64,000 nt of DNA from contig OU015566.1 of NCBI GenBank assembly GCA_907165135.1, forward strand, positions 3,472,001 to 3,536,000, given 5' to 3'. The translations under genes were made by a program, and so were the position numbers. The number at the start of each line of letters is the position of its first letter. The stretch's first letter is position 1. The stretch comes from Oikopleura dioica. Its lineage: Eukaryota > Animalia > Chordata. Under the pieces are notes generated by a model. The model was given only the letters and a program-made list of their open reading frames with translations, made no database searches and had not been told where the DNA came from. This document shows, one piece after another, positions 1 through 11,736 of this stretch.

Positions 1-696
1 AGGTAACAGGAAAAGAAATTTGATTCACATTTTTCTGAAGCTGAACCCCTTTCTAAGGAACATCCATGAGGAAATTCTGTAAACATAAATAAATATGATG
101 TTTTCTTCTATGTTACATAAATTATGTATAGGCTTCCCGCACTATTTTCGATTTTGCAGGATCTTGTGCCAAATGACATGAAACTCAGTGAACATATGTA
201 TCAAGACACGCAAAAAAATCCTGCACTAGCAGATTTTCAAAAAGACCCAATCTTCTGACCTTTTTCGGCCAATAAATAGAGAGAAAAAAAGCACTAAAGT
301 CAATCAAATCGATTTTTAAGGGTGTTCCGACCCCTATCTTGATATTTTCAACCTCACCAGATGAAAGCTGAGCGTCTTCTCTTTCACCAGGATGTAAAAT
401 TTTTATGGTCGGAGTACTCCTTCATGATTTCACGGAGCTTCAAAGTCGAGCAAAAGTGTCAGATACGGAATTTCAAAATTTCCAACTTCCGATAGAGCTG
501 TGCTACAGACATGTTTGATAGCTAGAATTGAAGCTCGTAATGCACTGAGTTGAGTCGACCATGTTTTGACTGACCAACCGGTCATTTTCGATGAACCAGC
601 CGGTACAATTGGATTTTTGCCTCAAATATCGATTTTTGGGATCTAAAAATAAAAAAAAAATAGATTTATCACGAATTTTAATTTTGAACCGATGTT

Positions 697-935
697 GAAC
701 CGGGTGGTTGAAGCCGCGGTTTATCGCGGTTAATTTCAATTACTACATAAAACTCCTCGATATGGGTTTTTTATTGAACCGAATACTAAATCAAATCGTT
801 CTGTGATGAAATAAAAGTGAACCGTCGATTAACCGGGTGGTTAGACACGTGGTAAAACGTGGTCAAGTGCAATATATGATAAATACCCTCCGATATGGGT
901 ATTTTATTGAGCCAAACAATCAATCAAAGCGGCCA
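697..935. repeat. Two degenerate ~135-bp tandem copies, each with a short hairpin
   Basis: AACCGGGTGGTT...CGATATGGGT.TTTTATTGA.CC occurs at ~697 and ~832, with internal near-palindromes CCGCGGTTTATCGCGG and CACGTGGTAAAACGTGG. Confidence 0.4.
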
Positions 936-1403
936 AGCCTAATTATGTAGCTACAGTCCAAAATCGAGAAAGCTGTTTCTACCCTCTTAATAAAAAAAAG
1001 ATTTAAATTTTTTTTTGTTATATTTTTTCAAAAATAAGGGTGTCATCATCATAAATTTAAAAATTTAATTAAAAATTAAAAACAATTGCTCCGATAGTCA
1101 TCCTTTCTTCTTCCTGCTGAAAATCTAGCGAAAAATTGCCATTTTCTCCCTCAAAAAGTACAACCCTTTTTGAAAAGGTTATTTCGCTAGTAAAGCTCTC
1201 ATTTTTTCTCTCTTCAAAAATGTCATTCTCACGCTGAAAAAGAAAGAACGCTCCCTTATTTCTTCAGAATCGAAGCAAAAATTCTTGTCTCCAATCGCCT
1301 CTTGAAAATCTTTGGCACAATGCTCTCTTCTGTTTGAATTTCAATCGTCAATATTTTATCCGCTCATAAATCAAACGAAATCATTTTCTGTTTCATTTTT
1401 TTC

Positions 1404-3161
1404 ACGAAAGAGCATCATTTCCTGACTCGACAAAGGATCTATCAAGTAAGCCGCCGAAATCGTCCTCGTCGTCTTGGTCATTTTCTTCTTCCTCGATTCT
1501 TTCGGTGGATTCGTCGTCGTCGGAATAATTGGCGGCGAGGACGGCGGAGGAGAAGATGTCGTCGGGATCGGGGTCTGTCAGGTCTGACTCATTTCGGCTA
1601 GAATGATATGAAGTAATGTTTGGTTAGGGTTAGGATAAGGGTGAAAATACACATCAAATTTGGAACATTAATAATCAAAAGATGAAGTAGATAAAATTTT
1701 TTCTTAAAAATCAGATGGCCATCAGAAGGCCTTGGTTCATTCTAGATCTGATTAAAATCATAGCCTGTAGATTTTTGCACATAAAAAGTAGCTTCGAATG
1801 CACTCAAAGTATCATTTTAAAATGATCTCGAAAAGGAGTTTTAACAGGTTGTGTTCGATATTTCTTGTACCAATTGTACTTTTAAATCACTTCAAAATGA
1901 AAACTTGTGGGTTATGACGAAGTCTGCTATACAAACCGTTTTGGTTGTCAAATAAATAAAAAATTCTTACGTTAAAGTTTCTGCCATAGAAATTATTTCC
2001 CAAAATAAAGCAGCAAAAACTTTTCTTCCTTGATTTCCACTTCTCTGAGTTCGAGCTTTTCTTTCTGTTTTCGTAACGAAAAATTCTTTCTTCTCTTCTG
2101 AAAAATTTGTCTCCGTCAGGTGGTGGTTAACTGCTTGAACTTTGCTCGAGAGCAGCTTCTTTTTTTCTGAGCGCGGCAAGAAATACGCTGATTATCTATT
2201 GATACAGTTTTGATTATTTAGGCCCGCTTCTCTCAGTCAAGTTCTTAGCTAAACAGAAAAAGCGTTGAATAAAATGCACAAAATGAAGAATTGGAAAAAA
2301 GAAACGATAGCGGCGTCTATTTGAAAATGAAAAAGGGAGAACTATCTCATAGTTTCGATTTTATTATTTTATAATTCATATTATTTTCTGGAACCAAGCT
2401 CTTTTGTTTTATATCTGTGATCTTCAGAAGATTGGTAGTTTTTTATTGATAGTGTGGGCTTTTTATTGTCCTTTTTGAACAAGAATTCCCGCTCGATTTG
2501 ACTCAAAATCATCAAAAACTCGAGACGAAGTCCAAAAAATAATCTCAAAATTGAAAATTTTGGGATAATTTTTCAAATTTTTGCACAAAACTGGAAAACC
2601 AGAATTATTTTTAAAGAACGAATCGACAAAAAATGGTTATTTTTGACTCAAAATCAAAAGCTTACATTTTTACCTGAATTATGAATTTGTTCTTCTGAGA
2701 AGAAAAAAATCGTTATTCTGAAAATCAGTCTCTTTGTCTTTGATTCTTCAAACACGAGGCGCAGATCAGACAATGTCGGTCGTAGAATTCCCGCGTTTCA
2801 AAGCTGTTTGAACAGCACAAGCAGTTGAAATATTCAAAGTAAATAATTAACCCCCGGAAGCGTCATTCTACCATCTTAGATAGTCACTCTATTTTCTTTA
2901 TTAAAATGGTTTATTCTGCAAAAAGCTGTTTCTTGGAATCAAGCAAGCATTGCCGCTGATTTGAATCAAGATAAACTTCTGAATAATCCATTTTTTCCGG
3001 CGATCATAGAAGTCAGATGTGAAACAGCTGTTTTCTTTCATAAATTTGAGCAAAATTTTGATTTGCCATGAAATTTCATCCTCAGAAAATGTAACTTGTA
3101 ATTCCTTTTCGTATAGCCAATTGTTATCATCAAAGAGTATACAGTATACTGTATACTTCAT
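1404..3161 (-). CDS. Putative multi-exon gene with an acidic C-terminus and a possible C2H2-like motif; model unresolved
   Basis: A minus-strand exon at ~1404-1590 reads ESDLTDPDPDDIFSSAVLAANYSDDDESTERIEEEENDQDDEDDFGGLLDRSFVESGNDALS*. A segment at ~2740-2835 reads EYFNCLCCSNSFETREFYDRH. Whether these pieces belong to one gene is not established. Confidence 0.3.
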
Positions 3162-3498
3162 TCATAATTTTTCTCAAGAACTGTTTACTAAAATGAAACA
3201 TTAATTTTCTTAAGATCACAATTATTTATGAATTCTCTTTATTCTCTTTTTTTTCTTAATCTTGAATGAAAAATTATCAAATAAATCAGTAAAATATTGA
3301 GGAAAATCTGAATTATTTAATTAAAAGAAAAAATTTAGAGAATTTATTATTAATTCTTTGAAATAATGATTTACATAGCAAAACAGTCGGTGAAATACTA
3401 GCAGAGTACTTTAAAAATCGCAGTATCCAAATATTTATCGATAAATTCCGAGCCACGCCTCGGTTAAAAAAAAATCTGCAAGAAACTAGTTCGAAAAA

Positions 3499-5708
3499 AT
3501 GGGACAGCTGAAAACAGTCTGCCTCACTCTTTTTGGCGTTTTTCTTGCGCGTTTTGCTTATCAACAGTATGAGAAAACGAAGAGACTCAGAATCGATCAA
3601 AGCCCCTTGTTTTCGGAGGAGCTAGAAGGGACAGTGAAGGAATATCCGGCGAAGAAGAGGATTGAAGAAGTGGTGCCGGGCGTTTATGCAGCGATTGATT
3701 ACAGTCTCGCTTCTAGGTTTGTAACAAAGGAAGATCTATTTACTTATTCTTGAAGCCTTCTGATAGTCGATGAAAACCGCTGGTTCTTCCTTGATTCCAC
3801 CGAAAACTGCAACGTAATGGAAACAATCATCGAGGACTTTGAAAGGCTCCTCGGTCGGCCAAAAGAAGTCACTGGCATCGCACTCACTCACTTTCACCCG
3901 GACCATTGTTTTGGAACCGGATCAATTCTCGCCTTTGCCGAGTCGCTTGACCAAGAAAGGGTTCCGGACATCTGGGCGCATGAGAAATTCAAGAGCGAGA
4001 ACGAAAAGTTTATTCATTTGTCTTACCTTGGTTTTCGAAGAGCGACCAGCCAATTTGGCCACAAGTTGGAGAAAGAGAGGCAGATTAATGCGGGCATTGG
4101 GCACAGATTGACGCATAGAGATAATGAAGTCTGCTATGTCCCGTAAGTTTGAACTAAAAAATTTTTGAAAAATAATTCTGAAAAAAAATTTCTAAAAAAA
4201 AATTTCTGAAAAAAAACTTTTTGAAAAAAAAATCTGAAAAAAAATTCTGAAAAAAATTTCTGAAACAAAAATTCGACTCAAAATCGTCTCAAAAAGCCAT
4301 TTTTCAGGCCCTCAAAAACGTTCGAAAAAGAAGTTTCGATTCCCTTTGGAAAATTCACCATCACTCTTTTCCACGCTCCTGGAGAAACAGACGATCAAAT
4401 CTCCATTTTCATCCCCGAAGAAAAAGTGCTGATCCCAGCAGACAACGTCTACCCCCACTTCCCAAATCTCTACCCGATTCGCGGAGCGCCCGTTCGGTCT
4501 GTCAGACAATGGGCCAACACCGTCGCCAATTTCAGAAAGATGAAGGCAGAGCATATGGTCGGCATGCACAGTCCTGTTGTTCACGGAGCGAAAGAAATTG
4601 ATGAAATTCTAGTGACGTATCACGATGGAATGAAATTTGTCCACGATCAGACTGTCAGACTGATGGAAAATCTGTACACGATTGAGGATATTGTGGAAAT
4701 TGTCAAATTGCCGAAATTGTTGGCGGAACATCCATGGCTTGAACAGACGTACGGAAAAGTAGAATGGTGCGTAAGGGGCGTCTACTCGGCATACATTGGC
4801 TGGTTCGATGGATTGCCCAGAAATCTCCGCCCGCTGCATCCAAAAATCACTTCGAAAAAGCTCTTGAAAATCGCCGACAAAAGCAAAATCGCTGCTGAAA
4901 TTCATGAAAGCATCGAATCCGGGCTAAACTGCAAAGAACCAAATTGTGCTCATAAAAATCTCCAGTGGGCGCTAGAATTGGTCGATATCATGATTTACTC
5001 AGGTTGTCTGTTTTCTTTTTCATGATTTAAAAGACTGAAAATTTCAGAAATCGATGAAGAGGTGAAAATTCAATCCGAATCGAATTTCCACCCGAAAAAG
5101 CTGACGAAAGAAGAGTTCCTCAAAGCAAAAATCTTCATCCTCCAAGCCATCGCCGAGGTCCAATCAAATCCGACCGCAAGAAATTGGTACCTCAACGAAG
5201 CGAATATTCTAGCGACAAACAACGGTAATTCACCCTCGATTTTTTGCCCAAATTTTCAGGAAACCGGCCCTTCAAACTTTTATCAATAAAATTCTAGTGC
5301 CGACAATAACCCCTGAAGTAAGACGAACTCACATGACGAACTTGTCGGTTGACTTGATTCTTCGAAGCTTTGAAACCAGAATGAACGCCCCAAGAGCTCT
5401 TGTCGAATATGAACGAAAATGCTTCTATTTCAATATCGATGAGAAAGAATACAATTTGCTGATTCGAAATGGCGTTCTTGTCAATATCGAAGAGGTAAGA
5501 AACAAGTCGAAAATCGTCCTAAAAATTGGAGCTCTAGAAATGCGAGGAAATTCACAATGGCTTGATTGGAACTTCGGAAAAATTCAAAGATTTGTTAACC
5601 CATCCAGCCACTGCGGTCGCGAATTTGGCAAAAGGGGATTTGAAGATTCTCGGCTCAATAACCGACTTTGTTAAATTTCTTACTCTTTTCAGACCTGTTC
5701 ATAAATAA
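3499..5708 (+). CDS. Alkyl/aryl sulfatase of the SdsA1/BDS1 metallo-beta-lactamase family, with an N-terminal hydrophobic anchor and C-terminal SCP2-like domain (multi-exon)
   Basis: HxHxDH metal motif (LTHFHPDHCFG), PGETDDQ, ADNVYPHFPNLYPIRGAPVRS, GMHSP, dimerisation-region TYGKVEWCVRGVYSAYIGWFDG, and C-terminal GDLKILGSITDFVKFLTLF; GT-AG introns. Confidence 0.87.
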
Positions 5709-6171
5709 TTTTTGCCCGAAAGAAATAAAGAAAAGGGATCCGCTATTGTCTAACTGTGTTCGTTGGCGAACAGACAGGTTTGACACCCGTCAATCTGACG
5801 GGATTTGAGCCGGCGATTCATTTCAATTTCAGATTCGCCTGTTCAATACCTTCATTTTTCATTATAAATGGAATTATTCGAGGCAATCGAGACTTTTTAA
5901 TTCATTTAATGTCTCGGTTCTGTTCGGTCTGAGTAATTTATTCAATTAATAATTAATTTAGTTTGTCTGAAAATTTTCAGCGATGAGCCTATGACGAGAA
6001 TGAATCATTTGATGTAGCGCCATATTCCGAAATGCTCCTTGACGCCCTACTAAATCCCGAATAAATTAATTTAATTCAATATATAAGCGTGATTTTCTCA
6101 ATTATCTGTGCACATCAACGTATTTTTCGACAAAAAAAAAACTCTTTCAAGAAATCGAAAAACAGCTCTCA

Positions 6172-6438
6172 ATGCTTCTTAGTGTTCTTCTTCTTCCAGC
6201 CGCTTTTGGCGACAAAATTTCATTCAACAGAGGGTTGAACAACGCTAGAAAGCACCACTACCGAACGTTTTACAGCCAACTTGGTGAAGCATCGCCGGTA
6301 ATTGTTCACTGCTTCAGAAACTGCGACGAAGAAATGATGAGCTTTCTTGCCCAATTCATGAAAGTTGAGAAAGTCGACGAACCAAAAGATCTTGAAGAAA
6401 TTCCTCGTTTTTACCTGAATTATCTACGCGGTGCTTAG
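6172..6438 (+). CDS. Intronless 88-aa secreted protein or peptide precursor
   Basis: Signal-peptide-like start MLLSVLLLPAAFG, then a Cys pair (HCFRNCD), an RK dibasic site and the C-terminus RFYLNYLRGA*. Confidence 0.55.
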   Translation: MLLSVLLLPAAFGDKISFNRGLNNARKHHYRTFYSQLGEASPVIVHCFRNCDEEMMSFLAQFMKVEKVDEPKDLEEIPRFYLNYLRGA

Positions 6439-6786
6439 AATTGCAAAAATTGACCAAAAATGAATAGATTATTGACAATTTATCTTTGAATTCCAAGTCT
6501 TTTTTTTCTGACTTGTCATTGATTGACTATTAATTTTTTGGTGAAAAAGAGATTTTATACTTCTACATTTTTTATTTTTTTTGTTTTGTTTGCAGAAAAA
6601 AGATAAGGAAAAGGTGTTTGTTTGGCAAAGAAAAGTCGTTCCAGTCCGTTCAAGTCATGTGACAAAACATTTAAAAAGTTAAACGTAAAAAGTCTCGCAA
6701 ATTTAGCAAGTTTTTGTCCAAAAATCATTAAATAAATTCCAAACAAAAAAATGAGAAAAGTCAGATTTTCAAGTTTTTCAGAAATT

Positions 6787-8127
6787 TCAGAAGACATTGA
6801 TTCGTGCTTGGACAATGTGGCTTTCTGTCACTTCCATTTCCGTCTGCGCAAATCGTCGTCGCCGAATGCTGGTTGAACCGCAGGCCGTATTGAGGGTACA
6901 ATCACTTGAAGAACCGCAGATGACGACTGTGCACTCGATGTCGATCGGAATTTCGTCCTCCTGGTCAGTGAACTTGAAGGACGCGAATTTCAGTCGGGTT
7001 TTGGAAGGAGGGCTTGGTGTGAGAAAAGCGACTGTATCGTCCTCCACCACGCCATTGTCCATTATCGGGCAGTAATTGTCGATAATCATGTGAGTCTTGT
7101 CAAAGGACGTGGCAGTGCACTGTTTAACGAGCAATTCGTAGTCCGTTCCGGCATTTTCGATTTCGAATTGCAAAAATACTTCTTTCGGAATGACAAAAAC
7201 ATGAGTCGCATCGACGGGAGCATCAAAACTGACACTCCCTTCTTCGTCGTAAACACCAACGCTGACCTCGAAGTTGCCGACCTTGTCTTCGAGAACAACT
7301 CTGTGGTAGTTTTCTTTTGTAAGAATCGCCTTGTCGCCGAGAGAGAGGGTTTGCTCCGTTTTGACGATGCATTTCAAGTCGAGATCCTTAAATAATGTGA
7401 TGAATATTTTTTCTTTTTAAGGACCCCCCCCCCCGGCAGTTTTTGTCGAAAAATGAAATTTCGGAATTTTATAATTTTGACCCCGGAAATGAATTCTACG
7501 GCTCAAAAACGATTTTGAGGCTTCATTTTTTGGGGGTCTTTATAAAGCAAGTTTAACCTGAGGACGCATTAAGGACCAAAAATATGGTGTTTTTAAAAAT
7601 TTTCATTCTTCGAAAGAAAAAGCTAAGGCGGCGGGGGGGTCCTAAAGCCTGATTCTTACCAGGCCATATTTTCTTGAAATATCCCCGATGACTTTGTCCG
7701 CTCGCTCATCTGTAAAGAGACTCGTCTGAAAAACGAGTTCGGTTTTATTTGCATTTTCTGGATCAGGTAACAGCGTTGGGGCGACATGAGCGCAGTTGTC
7801 AAAGATGAAGTTGCCAGTATCGGTTCCATTGACATTTTCAACGGCGCCATTACATCTTGTATCGGGAGCTGTAGAGTTCTTGTCACCTTAATTTTCGATT
7901 ATTATCAGAGCATTGGGGATCAACGACTTACCGAGTAAAACTTTTGTTTTGTCAAGTCCGCTATTCTCAAGAAGACATTCAGGAATCGAGACTTTAAGGA
8001 TACCCCCATCGCAATTGACATAATCCGTCGTCGTATCATTCTTCAAGACATCGAAGGATTCCAACGTACAGTCAGAAGTCTGAGCGCTGATTGCTTGAAA
8101 ACCGGCGAAAAAGGAAAAAAGTTTCAT
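6787..8127 (-). CDS. Secreted zona pellucida (ZP)-domain protein
   Basis: Signal peptide MKLFSFFAGFQAISA; ZP-N cysteines (VNCDGG..VSIPECLL); ZP-C features (LLVKQCTAT, IIDNYCP, FASFKF, IDIECTVVIC); furin site RRRR followed by an EHP-like strand; no TM segment. Confidence 0.87.
7421..7642. mobile_element. Short MITE with GGACCCCCC termini in a ZP-gene intron
   Basis: TTAA|GGACCCCCCC ... GGGGGGGTCC|TAAA. The termini resemble those of the element at 13703. Confidence 0.6.
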
Positions 8128-8508
8128 CGCTGCGAAGATCACTTTGATTTTTTTTCCGGCGCAGCGCTTGAATTTATATTTTTCTGCATCATGACGCAGC
8201 GTAATTAGCTATTATTAGCGCATGCAAAATTATGTAGTGACTGATTTTCAACTGTCGAAATATCTCCGGAAGACGTTGATCTTCTGATGCAGCCGGTTGT
8301 GACGGCTTTTCTTTGATAATTATTTGGCAAGGTTCAATTAGGAAAAAAAATGCTGAGAATCCATTACGCAATAATCGCAAAAGAATTCGAAAATAACTGG
8401 CACTACGAAAAAAAAAAAGAACTCAAACAAGTCGATAAGTCGCAGCGCAAATTTGCATTCGGCAGAGTTATCAGAAGCTGGTCGCCACGCTAACATCTCA
8501 TAAGTGAA

Positions 8509-11402
8509 ATGAGAAACGTGATAAAATGGGCGATCGGCATCGGCTGTGCCTGTGCAGTTGGCTTGGCTATCGGCCTGGGGGTTGGGCTCAGCGGCGGTTC
8601 TGATGAAGCTGGTAAGTTTTAAGATATGAAAAATAAGATATTGATGATTAAATTTTTGAGATTTTCAATTTACTGTAGATAATCCTCTAATCAACATAAA
8701 AATTAAAAAAAAATAAAAATATTTAAAATTAAAAAATTTTTTTAATTAAGAATAGTTTTTTTTATTGAAAATTCAAATTCTGTTCTAGATCCTCCAATGC
8801 GCGAGGGCGGATTCAAGGTCGAAACGGAAAATGGCCCTGTTATCGGTTTCGAGTGGGACCCCAATGAGAAAATGGAAGGCGTCTGGGCAAACAAACAGCA
8901 CAATTCCGTCAGCTTCAAGGGCATTCCATACGCCCAGCCGCCCGTCGGCAACTTGCGATGGCGACATCCACGACCCGTTGAATCCTGGGAAAAGCCAATT
9001 GAAGCAAAGAACTTCCGATCTATTTGTCCACAAAAATGCCATGGTCCACCGGGAAGTTGTGACATCAGCGAAGATTGTCTGTATTTGAACGTCTATGTCG
9101 AAAAACGAACTTTGCCGAGCGCGAATGTTCGGGATGGACGAAAAGTTCCCGTTGCGATTTGGTTCCATGGTGGGGCTTTTGCTTGGGGTTCAGGAAGCTC
9201 GCCACTGTACGATGGAAAGTTCATCACGGAACGAATGGATATGGTCGTCGTTACAGTCAACTACAGACTCAGCGCTTTCGGCTTTTTGGCCCTCGAAATG
9301 AACGAAGACGAGCGAAGCCATGCGAACGTTGGCTTTGGCGATCAGCAGCTGGCCGTCGAGTGGGTCCGTCAAAACATCGAGCAGTTCGGAGGAGATAGCG
9401 AGAAAATTATGATATTTGGTCAATCTGCTGGGGGAGTGTCCACGACGCTGCATCTACTCGAGACTCCGGGCATCAACTCTGTAAACATCCACTCAAATCC
9501 ACTCGCCATTCCCGTCAAGGTCGGTCTTATCTTGGAATTTTTCATTATTTGCGCAAATCGAAATAGTTCGATTTTTTTCTGAAAATTTGTTTGTCTTGAC
9601 GTCAAAATGAATCCACTAAAAATTTTTATCAAAAATCAAGACTCTAAATAATTTCCAGGAACACTGGGAGGGACAACGGCAATTCCAGCAGTTCGCGGAG
9701 CTCGCTGGCTGCTACGATTCTGACGATCGAATGGGCTGCCTTCGAAAGATTCCAATGTACAACATCACTCACGATATCGTCCCAAATATGCCCACAATTC
9801 ATTCTCCCCGCCTTCTCCTTGCTGCGATGCCGTTTTCTCCCGTCATCGACCACGTGATCATCAAGAAGCAGCCTTACATCAAGCTCATGGAAGGCGACTA
9901 CGACCAGTCCCGGAACATCATGATTGGAAATACAGAGCATGAAACAGAAATCTTCATCCGTTCAATCTGGCCAAAAGGACCAATCAATGGTGCAACCTAC
10001 GAACTTGCAGTAAGAGCGATCATCCAGCATAACGAAACTGCTGATGCATTTTTGGAACAATATCCAGCTGCCTGCAAGGAAGACAAGCCAAGTGGGAAGT
10101 CTATTTCAGTTGAAGATTGCAAGAAGGGGCTTTGTGATGCTCTCGGCCTCGAAGGAGTTGCTTGTTCAGCTGTTGATGGCACTTTGACAACACTTTGTGA
10201 AGCAGTTAATAGTTAGAAATTTTAATAAGAAATCAGAATTCATGAAATTTTAGCGAATCTTCCTTGCATTGGCGATGATGGCCCAGATGAGCGAGATACC
10301 TTTGAAGAGCCCGGAACTGAATGGATTTTCTCTTGTCCGACCAATCAGATTCTTCAAAAAGCATCCAAGCCAACTTATCGGTAACCCTTTTCAAATAACA
10401 ACCTTTGAAAGATTCTTTAAAGGTGGCACTTTCGAGCTCCAATGATTGCAGATATCTCCCAAGTTGGTGGTTTTCAAGGAATTCCTGACACAGAATCAAG
10501 AGTTCCATCTTTCAAGTCCGCTCTTTTGGGTAAAATCGGCGGTCAGAATCGGGAAGCAGGAGCGGATGAGTATGAAAATTGCAAATATATGAGTTGCCAT
10601 GCGGCTGAGCTCAGGAAATTGATCAAAATATCGACATGGAATACGTTTTAGCTGGAATCGTTTTGATCAAATCATAAGTTACATATTCGCAATTGAGGAA
10701 CAGTTTGACTGCAAAAAATTCGATGAAATTCACGGCGACGACCAAAAATTTATCGAATGTGATGAAAATAACAATGTTTTGCCTTACGGAATGACTTCTG
10801 GTAGGTAGTATGACCTCAAAATTCGGCCAAGTATAATTTGATTTTTTATTTTTCCTAACCCTACTCTTAACCCGGGGGCTTCGCCCCCCGGGACCCCCCT
10901 GGGTAAATGTACGTAGTTCCTAACCCTAAGGCCTAACCTAGGGGGCTTCGCCCCCTTGGAACCCCCCTAACACTAACCTAAAATGAGGGTGGCCGAATTT
11001 TGAGACCATACTACGTTCTGGTAACGTATTCATTTGATGCATTTTCGAATTTTTCCTAGAAAACATGCAGCTTTTGGAGCGATTCATGAGCCGCTACTGG
11101 GCGAATTTCGCCCGAACTGGCGATCCAAATGACTCCACTGGCGCTCAATATTCCGAAGAGCAAAAAGCACAATACGAAAAAGACGGGTCTCTCCCGAAAT
11201 GGGATGCGTTTGGCAACGAGCTGACAACTCTGCATCTCGGCTACAACACAAGAACCCCTGGCTACACTGGAAATGACGATCAGGTTAGTAAATGGCCATG
11301 TTTCTGATAAATAATATTTTCTAGCTGATTGTCGAGGAGAAAAATTGGAAGAAGGATATTTGCGAATTTTGGGACTCGTTGGATATTTATGCCAATCACT
11401 GA
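8509..11402 (+). CDS. Type-B carboxylesterase (cholinesterase-like) with an N-terminal membrane anchor
   Basis: Exon 1 reads MRNVIKWAIGIGCACAVGLAIGLGVGLS. Family motifs: FKGIPYAQPPVGNLRW, SEDCLYLNV, HGGAF, GQSAGG (catalytic Ser), GNTEHE (Glu), CHAAEL (His), YWANFARTGDPN, CEFWD. Confidence 0.92.
10805..11014. mobile_element. MITE with 25-bp TIRs containing CCTAAC tracts and GGGGGC-TTC-GCCCCC hairpins
   Basis: GTAGTATGACCTCAAAATTCGGCCA at 10805 pairs with TGGCCGAATTTTGAGACCATACTAC ending at 11014 (2 mismatches). It lies in a carboxylesterase intron; a TA TSD is compatible. Confidence 0.75.
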
Positions 11403-11736
11403 TTAATAAATCTAAACTCTTCGTTATTTCTTAAATGAGTTCGTCTTAAATATCTTTCTTTTTCTTGATCTTCGAAATTGACGAAAATTTTGGGGGATAA
11501 CAAATAACGCAAAATGAGCCGTTCTTCAACTGGAGAACCGACTTTCCGTTGCTCGGGTTAATATTCTCTTATAAAGTTCAATGTTAATATTCGGCGAAAT
11601 GTCAAAATTTACGAGCACGATCTTTCCTGAAAACTCGTGTCAAGAAAACTCGTTATATACCTAAATAAATCACAATTACTTAGAGTTTTTCCTCTTTTCA
11701 TTTTTTTTATTTACAGTGCATAACAGAAGAAACTAT

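Noticed and set aside
4145-4307. Tandem AAAAAATTTCTGAAAA-like repeats
   Set aside because: This is low-complexity intron filler with no element boundaries.
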